From sequence record PV390659.2: a stretch of DNA of 64,000 nt. One strand, written 5' to 3'. The notes beneath the pieces were generated by a model. The model did not search any database. It saw only the letters and a list, made by a program, of their open reading frames with translations, and was not told where the DNA came from. How positions within the stretch are numbered: position 1 is the first letter of the stretch; each line of letters starts with the position of its first letter. A program made the position numbers and the translations under genes. Source of the DNA: Escherichia phage vB_EcoM_P8. Of this stretch, positions 58,090 to 64,000 are shown piece by piece.

Positions 58090-58629
58090 ATGAGAACATT
58101 TTTAACTGGCCCTTATCTATCCCTGATGAATGCTTTTACACACCATTCTGATGCTAGAGTAGAAGAAATTTGTAAAAACGATTATATCCCACCATTTGAA
58201 GACTTGCTTAAACAATATTGTACACTTCGACTAGATGGTGGACGTCAATCTGGTAAATCAACTGCTGTGACTAACTTTGCTGCTAATTGGCTGTATGACG
58301 GTGGAACAGTTATTGTTCTTTCTAATACTTCAGCTTACGCTAAAATTTCTGCGGGCCACATTAAAAAAGAATTTTCTCGTTATTCTGGCGATGATATTCG
58401 ATTCCGCTTATTTACCGATTCTGTCCATAGTTTTATCGGTAATAAAGGAAGCAAGTTCAGAGGTTTATCGCTTTCGCGGATTTTGTATATAATCGATGAG
58501 CCTGTTAAATCTCCTGATATGGATAAAATTTACGATATTCATATTGAAACTGTGCACCACTGTTGCAATAGTAAATGCTGCATTGGTGGTATTACTCGTC
58601 CACAGTTTTTCATAATCGGAATGCAATGA
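58090..58629 (+). CDS. P-loop NTPase-like protein with a Cys-rich C-terminus
   Basis: Walker A GGRQSGKST; Walker B-like ILYIIDEP; start taken at ATG 58090 behind GAGAGAA. Confidence 0.5.
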   Translation: MRTFLTGPYLSLMNAFTHHSDARVEEICKNDYIPPFEDLLKQYCTLRLDGGRQSGKSTAVTNFAANWLYDGGTVIVLSNTSAYAKISAGHIKKEFSRYSGDDIRFRLFTDSVHSFIGNKGSKFRGLSLSRILYIIDEPVKSPDMDKIYDIHIETVHHCCNSKCCIGGITRPQFFIIGMQ

Positions 58630-58955
58630 TGACAGACACGCAACTTTTCGAATATCTTTATTTTTCGCCAAAAACTATTAAAAATAAATTGGTGAATCAT
58701 TTTGAAATTTTGGCAAATAACAACGTCTTGAGCGAATTTTATCCTAAGCAATACAAATTACAAAAAGGCGTATTCAAAGGATGCAGAGTTTTGTGTACTG
58801 CTCCTAATGCAAGATTAATGAATAAAATTCCATATTTTACCATGGAATTTATTGATGGACCTTTTAAAGGACTAATCACCCAAAGTTTAATGGCATATGA
58901 TTCTGAGCCATTTTTAATTAAAGAGCAATCTTGGATAAATTTATTTTCTAATTGA
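58626..58955 (+). CDS. hypothetical protein, 109 aa
   Basis: ATGATGA overlap with the upstream stop. Confidence 0.5.
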   Translation: MMTDTQLFEYLYFSPKTIKNKLVNHFEILANNNVLSEFYPKQYKLQKGVFKGCRVLCTAPNARLMNKIPYFTMEFIDGPFKGLITQSLMAYDSEPFLIKEQSWINLFSN

Positions 58956-58963
58956 GAGGTTAT

Positions 58964-59326
58964 ATGAAAGCATATCAAATTCTTGAAGGCACGCATAAAG
59001 GTACTATTTATTTTGAAGATGGTATTCAAGCACGAATTATTGTCTCTAAAACCTTTAAAGAGGACTCTTTTGTAGACCCGGAAATTTTCTACGGTTTGCA
59101 TGCCCGTGAAATTGAAATTGAAACACAACCTACAGTTAAAATTGAAGGTGGTCAACACCTGAACGTTAACGTTCTGCGTCGTGAAACTCTGGAAGATGCA
59201 GTTAAGCATCCGGAAAAATATCCGCAGCTGACCATCCGTGTATCCGGTTATGCAGTTCGCTTTAACTCTCTGACTCCGGAACAGCAGCGCGACGTTATCG
59301 CTCGTACCTTTACCGAGAGTCTGTAA
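58964..59326 (+). CDS. autonomous glycyl-radical cofactor (GrcA/YfiD-like; the T4 homolog is Y06I)
   Basis: C-terminus ...[59 protein letters not shown] with the RVSGY glycyl-radical motif. Confidence 0.85.
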   Translation: MKAYQILEGTHKGTIYFEDGIQARIIVSKTFKEDSFVDPEIFYGLHAREIEIETQPTVKIEGGQHLNVNVLRRETLEDAVKHPEKYPQLTIRVSGYAVRFNSLTPEQQRDVIARTFTESL

Positions 59327-59547
59327 TGGCAAAGATAATTATTGAAGGTTCTAAAGATGTGCTAAATGCTTTCGCCGAGTGGTTTAGTAATTCAGGCGAA
59401 CAGCAATTTAATGAAGCATGGAATATGGGTGATATTGATGGAATTTATCCTACGACAGAAATTTCTGTTCAGGGATATGGCATTCATGAACCTATTCGTT
59501 TAGTTGAATATGATTTAGGTACTGGTGAGGAAGTAAAATATGATTGA
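59326..59547 (+). CDS. hypothetical protein, 73 aa
   Basis: ORF coupled to the upstream stop. Confidence 0.45.
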   Translation: MAKIIIEGSKDVLNAFAEWFSNSGEQQFNEAWNMGDIDGIYPTTEISVQGYGIHEPIRLVEYDLGTGEEVKYD

Positions 59548-59806
59548 AGATATTAAGGGTTATAAGCCACATACTGAAGAGAAAATCGGTAAAGTGAATG
59601 CTATCAAAGATGCTGAAGTTCGTTTAGGACTTATCTTTGATGCTTTATATGATGAATTCTGGGAAGCACTAGATAATTGTGAAGACTGTGAATTCGCGAA
59701 GAATTATGCTGAAAGTCTTGATCAGTTAACTATTGCTAAAACGAAACTCAAAGAAGCCAGTATGTGGGCTTGTCGTGCTGTGTTCCAACCAGAGGAAAAA
59801 TATTAA
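59540..59806 (+). CDS. hypothetical protein, 88 aa
   Basis: ORF. Confidence 0.45.
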   Translation: MIEDIKGYKPHTEEKIGKVNAIKDAEVRLGLIFDALYDEFWEALDNCEDCEFAKNYAESLDQLTIAKTKLKEASMWACRAVFQPEEKY

Positions 59807-60084
59807 TGGCTCAATTAAGCGCAGGGTTTGGTTATGAGTATTATACTGCCCCTCGTCGTGTATCTGTTGCTCCTAAGAAAATTCAAAGTCTTGATGACTT
59901 CCAGGAAGTAGTCCGTAACGCTTTCCAGGACTATGCACGCTATCTTAAAGAAGATTCACAGGACTGTCTCGAAGAAGATGAAATTGCTTACTATGAGCAG
60001 CGTCTTGAGCAACTCAAAAATTTACATGAGGTTCGTGCAGAAGTTTCAAAGTCTATGAATAAATTGATTAGATTTAAAGAATAA
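59806..60084 (+). CDS. hypothetical helical protein, 92 aa, directly upstream of regB
   Basis: start moved to ATG 59806 (TAATG overlap). Confidence 0.5.
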   Translation: MAQLSAGFGYEYYTAPRRVSVAPKKIQSLDDFQEVVRNAFQDYARYLKEDSQDCLEEDEIAYYEQRLEQLKNLHEVRAEVSKSMNKLIRFKE

Positions 60085-60086
60085 CT

Positions 60087-60116
60087 GTTTACTTTTCCTC
60101 TTGACTGTGGTATAAT
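60087..60116 (+). promoter_or_regulatory. sigma70-type early promoter upstream of regB
   Basis: GTTTAC at 60087..60092, 18-nt spacer, TGgTATAAT at 60108..60116. Confidence 0.6.
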
Positions 60117-60143
60117 TTTTCTATCAGTTAAGAGGAGAATAAC

Positions 60144-60605
60144 ATGACTATCAACACAGAAGTTTTTATCCGTCGAAATAAGCTCCGTCGTCACTTTGAG
60201 TCGGAGTTTCGTCAAATTAACAATGAGATTCGTGAGGCATCAAAAGCAGCAGGGGTCTCATCGTTTCATCTAAAATATTCTCAGCATCTTCTTGATCGTG
60301 CAATTCAACGGGAGATTGATGAGACATATGTTTTTGAATTATTCCATAAAATAAAAGACCATGTTTTAGAAGTTAATGAATTCCTGAGTATGCCTCCGCG
60401 TCCTGACATTGATGAGGATTTTATTGATGGGGTTGAATATCGTCCTGGGCGTTTAGAAATCACAGATGGAAATCTTTGGCTTGGATTTACAGTTTGTAAA
60501 CCTAATGCGAAGTTCAAAGACCCGTCGCTTCAATGCAGGATGGCAATTATCAACAGTCGTCGTTTACCAGGAAAGGCTTCTAAAGCAGTAATTAAAACTC
60601 AATGA
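60144..60605 (+). CDS. regB: RegB sequence-specific endoribonuclease
   Basis: 153 aa; size and position relative to the vs/tk block as in T4. Confidence 0.75.
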   Translation: MTINTEVFIRRNKLRRHFESEFRQINNEIREASKAAGVSSFHLKYSQHLLDRAIQREIDETYVFELFHKIKDHVLEVNEFLSMPPRPDIDEDFIDGVEYRPGRLEITDGNLWLGFTVCKPNAKFKDPSLQCRMAIINSRRLPGKASKAVIKTQ

Positions 60606-60612
60606 GGTAAGC

Positions 60613-61158
60613 ATGAGAAAAGCACTACTCGCTGGTCTATTGGCCATTTCTATGATGGCACATAGCTCCGAGCATACTTTCAGTAATGTCCAACTCGATA
60701 ACATGCGTTACGCGTATCAATTCGGGGAACAATTTTCTAAGGATGGAAAATATAAAACACACAAAAATATCCATAAAAGCGGATTAGGTCATATAATGGC
60801 TGCTATTTTATGGCAAGAAAGCTCTGCCGGAGTTAATTTAAAATCTAAACCAAAACATCATGCCTACGGAATGTTCCAAAATTATTTGCCGACCATGCGG
60901 GCAAGAGTTAAGGAACTTGGTTATAATATGACCGATGCCGAAATAAAAAGAATGTTGAATAAACGGTCCAATTCAGCTTCCTGGGCGTACATTGAACTTT
61001 CTTATTGGTTAAATATACATAAGGGCGATATAAGAAAGGCGATATCCTCTTATAATTCGGGATGGAATGTTAAAGCAGGTTCTAAATATGCTTCTGAAGT
61101 CCTAGAAAAGGCTAACTACCTTAAAAATAATAAACTTTTGGAAATAGTAAATGACTAA
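60613..61158 (+). CDS. secreted lytic-transglycosylase-like protein
   Basis: N-terminal signal peptide; SLT-like ILWQESSAG with catalytic E-S. Confidence 0.5.
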   Translation: MRKALLAGLLAISMMAHSSEHTFSNVQLDNMRYAYQFGEQFSKDGKYKTHKNIHKSGLGHIMAAILWQESSAGVNLKSKPKHHAYGMFQNYLPTMRARVKELGYNMTDAEIKRMLNKRSNSASWAYIELSYWLNIHKGDIRKAISSYNSGWNVKAGSKYASEVLEKANYLKNNKLLEIVND

Positions 61159-61492
61159 AATTTTAGTTTTATGTATAGGATTAATTTCATTTTCTGCGTT
61201 AGCAAATACATCATATACTGAAATTAGAGAGTATGTAAACCGTACTGCCGCGGATTATTGCGGGAAAAATAAAGCATGCCAAGCTGAATTTGCGCAGAAA
61301 TTAATATATGCATATAAAGACGGAGAAAGAGATAAATCAAGCAGATACAAAAATGATACTTTATTAAAACGATATGCTAAAAAGTGGAATACCTTAGAAT
61401 GTTCAGTTGCGGAGGAGAAAGATAAAGCCGCTTGTCATTCAATGGTTGACCGTTTGGTAGATTCTTATAATCGAGGATTGAGTACTAGATGA
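61151..61492 (+). CDS. small secreted protein, 113 aa
   Basis: signal peptide MTKILVLCIGLISFSALA; Cys-containing. Confidence 0.45.
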   Translation: MTKILVLCIGLISFSALANTSYTEIREYVNRTAADYCGKNKACQAEFAQKLIYAYKDGERDKSSRYKNDTLLKRYAKKWNTLECSVAEEKDKAACHSMVDRLVDSYNRGLSTR

Positions 61493-61968
61493 TTGTAAAA
61501 TATATCAAGGGCGATATTGTCGCCCTATTTCTTCAAGGTAATATTATTGCGCACGGGTGCAATTGTTTTCATACTATGGGTTCAGGTGTAGCGGGTCAAT
61601 TAGCAAGGGCCTATCCTAAAATTTTAGAAATAGATAAAACCACTACCGAGTACGGTTCTCGTGATAAATTAGGCGATATGTCTATTGTTTTTAAACATAA
61701 TCCTACAGGATTTGGTATATGCTATAACCTGTATACACAATACGAACCGGGTCCTAATCTTGATTATGGTGCTTTAGTAAACTGCATGATAGAATTAAAT
61801 CTACAGGCAGAGACCCTTTTGTTTAAACCAGTAATTTATATTCCACGCATAGGTTGTGGTATTGCTGGCGGCGATTGGGATAAGGTTTCTAAATTAATCG
61901 ACATGTTTACTCCTGATATTGATTTAATAGTGGTGGATTATGAAAGTGCATTACCCGCATCCGTTTGA
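61489..61968 (+). CDS. macro-domain-like protein (ADP-ribose binding / hydrolase fold)
   Basis: N-terminal IAHGCNCFHTMGSGVAGQL resembles the macro-domain N-x6-GGGV nucleotide-binding motif; ATGA overlap upstream. Confidence 0.5.
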   Translation: MIVKYIKGDIVALFLQGNIIAHGCNCFHTMGSGVAGQLARAYPKILEIDKTTTEYGSRDKLGDMSIVFKHNPTGFGICYNLYTQYEPGPNLDYGALVNCMIELNLQAETLLFKPVIYIPRIGCGIAGGDWDKVSKLIDMFTPDIDLIVVDYESALPASV

Positions 61969-62152
61969 TCCTAAAAACAAAGCGGAAATTATTCGACAAT
62001 GGGAACGCATTTGCCGTACTAAATGCCCAATTAATAGTCCACATGATGTAGATAAAGACTATATTGGAACATTCGTTGAATATACCTTTATTGATAAGAA
62101 AGGTCATAAACAACATGTAGAAGAATATTGCTTAAAGGTTACATGGTTATGA
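61940..62152 (+). CDS. hypothetical protein, 70 aa
   Basis: ORF overlapping the macro gene end. Confidence 0.4.
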   Translation: MKVHYPHPFDPKNKAEIIRQWERICRTKCPINSPHDVDKDYIGTFVEYTFIDKKGHKQHVEEYCLKVTWL

Positions 62153-62355
62153 GCCAAACTAGTATTCTTAAAAATGCCCATTGTGAAAAGTGTAAATGGC
62201 CAGTTGTTTTTGCTTTATGCAATGATGAAATGGCTTGTGATTTCGATTATTGGTGCTATTGCTCTAATAAAGGATGCATCAATCATAAAGGCGAAGGATT
62301 TTATTCAGGATTTTATCCTTATCCTGATTTCGTTAAAGAAGGTAAACCAAAATGA
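62143..62355 (+). CDS. hypothetical Cys-rich protein, 70 aa
   Basis: multiple CxxC pairs (CEKCKW, CYCSNKGC). Confidence 0.45.
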   Translation: MVMSQTSILKNAHCEKCKWPVVFALCNDEMACDFDYWCYCSNKGCINHKGEGFYSGFYPYPDFVKEGKPK

Positions 62356-62525
62356 ATAGTTTTGAGTTACAATATGAAGTGTTACGTGAACTTGATAATT
62401 TAATTGAACTCGCTGTTAATAAAGGTTTTGCCATTGGAATTGGTCAAAAAGATACTGATCATTTAACTATGGAAATATTTAAGCAAAAGCGAATTATTTT
62501 AAAACTTCTGGAAATTAATATATGA
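62352..62525 (+). CDS. hypothetical small protein, 57 aa, not in the ORF track
   Basis: ATGA overlaps at both ends (62352, 62522). Confidence 0.4.
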   Translation: MNSFELQYEVLRELDNLIELAVNKGFAIGIGQKDTDHLTMEIFKQKRIILKLLEINI

Positions 62526-62707
62526 GTCTGAGTAAAGAACAAAAAGATAAATTGTTTGAGCTTATCCATGAACTTCTAGATGAGCATACAGAAGCAAACA
62601 CCTTTTATGATGAATACGGCCCGCTATCTCCCGAACACCAGGAAGAATTTGCTGATCGGTTTGATAAGAAAGAAAACGAATTAATAGCTTATGTGAATAC
62701 GCTTTAA
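62522..62707 (+). CDS. hypothetical protein, 61 aa
   Basis: ORF. Confidence 0.45.
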   Translation: MSLSKEQKDKLFELIHELLDEHTEANTFYDEYGPLSPEHQEEFADRFDKKENELIAYVNTL

Positions 62708-62716
62708 GAAGGTGAT

Positions 62717-63298
62717 ATGGCGAGTTTAATTTTTACTTATGCAGCAATGAATGCTGGAAAATCTGCTTCTCTTTTGACTGCTGCGCATAATTATAAAGAA
62801 CGTGGAATGAGTGTATTAGTTCTTAAGCCTGCTATTGATACTCGCGATTCTGTCTGTGAAGTCGTTTCTCGCATTGGAATTAAGCAGGAAGCGAATATTA
62901 TTACGGATGATATGGATATTTTCGAGTTCTATAAATGGGCTGAAGCACAAAAAGATATTCATTGCGTATTTGTAGATGAAGCTCAGTTTTTAAAAACTGA
63001 ACAGGTACATCAATTAAGCCGAATTGTCGATGCATATAATGTTCCTGTTATGGCTTATGGTCTAAGGACTGATTTCGCTGGAAAATTATTTGAAGGTTCT
63101 AAAGAACTTTTGGCGATTGCAGATAAACTTATTGAACTAAAGGCAGTTTGTCATTGCGGTAAAAAAGCGATTATGACAGCTCGATTAATGGAAGATGGAA
63201 CGCCAGTTAAAGAAGGTAATCAAATCTGTATTGGTGATGAAATTTATGTTTCTTTGTGTAGAAAACATTGGAATGAATTAACTAAAAAGCTCGGTTAG
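62717..63298 (+). CDS. tk: thymidine kinase
   Basis: 193 aa; P-loop NAGKSAS; C-terminal Cys zinc motif. Confidence 0.9.
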   Translation: MASLIFTYAAMNAGKSASLLTAAHNYKERGMSVLVLKPAIDTRDSVCEVVSRIGIKQEANIITDDMDIFEFYKWAEAQKDIHCVFVDEAQFLKTEQVHQLSRIVDAYNVPVMAYGLRTDFAGKLFEGSKELLAIADKLIELKAVCHCGKKAIMTARLMEDGTPVKEGNQICIGDEIYVSLCRKHWNELTKKLG

Positions 63299-63340
63299 TG
63301 CAAAAGTTATAAATAGGTTTATCTAACTAAAGGGGTATAT

Positions 63341-63553
63341 ATGCTACAATTAACTGAAAAGCAACTTCGCAATCTTACTGTTCTTCAATTAGATGAAATT
63401 CGTAGGGAAGTTGGAAATATCATTTCAGCTTTGCGTCGAGAAGTATCACTCAACCAATCTCCGGCAGACTATACTAGATTGCGAAATTTTGAAAAATACC
63501 TTGATAAAGTTAAGGCCGTGCATCGGCATAAAGTAAATACAGGACAAAAATGA
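63341..63553 (+). CDS. hypothetical protein, 70 aa
   Basis: ORF with ribosome-binding site. Confidence 0.45.
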
Positions 63554-63565
63554 TAGGAGGCCTTT

Positions 63566-63859
63566 ATGGCCTTAAAAGCAACGGCATTATTTGCCATGCT
63601 AGGATTAGCGTTTGCTTTATCTCCACCAATTGAAGCGAATGTCGATCCTCATTTTGATAAATTTATGGAATCTGGTATTAGACATGTTTATATGCTTTTT
63701 GAAAATAAAAGCGTAGAATCATCTGAACAGTTCTATAGTTTTATGCGAACGACCTATAAAAATGACCCGTGCTCTTCCGATTTTGAATGTATAGAACGAG
63801 GCGCGGAGATGGCACAATCATACGCTAGAATTATGAACATTAAATTGGAGACTGAATGA
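63566..63859 (+). CDS. hypothetical secreted protein, 97 aa
   Basis: signal peptide; Cys-containing. Confidence 0.45.
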   Translation: MALKATALFAMLGLAFALSPPIEANVDPHFDKFMESGIRHVYMLFENKSVESSEQFYSFMRTTYKNDPCSSDFECIERGAEMAQSYARIMNIKLETE

Positions 63860-64000
63860 AATTCAGCGACTTTTCACAAAGTGGAAAACCTTCAAAGGCA
63901 GATGAATACTTAGGTTTATTAATGGCTGCACAAGCTTATTTTCATTCTGCGCATTTTGAAACTAAAAGTTATGCTAGACACAAAGCATACGATTTTATTT
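63856..64000 (+). CDS. hypothetical protein, 3'-truncated by the window end
   Basis: ATG 63856 overlapping the previous stop; frame open to the window end. Confidence 0.35.
   Translation, partial: MKFSDFSQSGKPSKADEYLGLLMAAQAYFHSAHFETKSYARHKAYDFI

Overview
This window reads as a contiguous segment of a T4-like (T-even, Tevenvirinae) myovirus genome. Gene names are assigned from remembered T4 protein sizes, order and motifs; no database search was possible. Left to right: the 3' part of alt (open to the window edge); baseplate hub genes 54-48-29-28-27-51 on the minus strand, then 26-25, uvsY, uvsW/uvsW.1, inh, hoc and rnlB; then one long minus-strand late block 24-23-22-21-68-67-20-19-18-17-16-15-14-13-wac-12-11-10-9-8-7-6-5.4-5.1-5-53. 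From about 45 kb everything is plus-strand: 4-2-3-1-57A-57B-ipI, a hyperplastic region with a 10-gene tRNA array and a putative stable-RNA locus, many small ORFs, nudE, e (lysozyme, near-identical to my recollection of T4 lysozyme but not identical), denV, a vs/regB-type small-gene block, and tk. The core genes are conventional. The findings concentrate in the accessory region (about 48.5-62 kb): two candidate internal-protein genes with capsid-targeting-like leaders (one on a repeat-flanked late cassette, one split by a frameshift in an A7 run), a translationally coupled array of four genes sharing a C-terminal motif, a PspA-like gene, a host-derived GrcA-like chimeric gene, a macro-domain gene, and extra tRNAs beyond the eight I associate with T4. 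Starts in the ORF track that use TTG/GTG were moved to the nearest in-frame ATG with a ribosome-binding site where I could check them.
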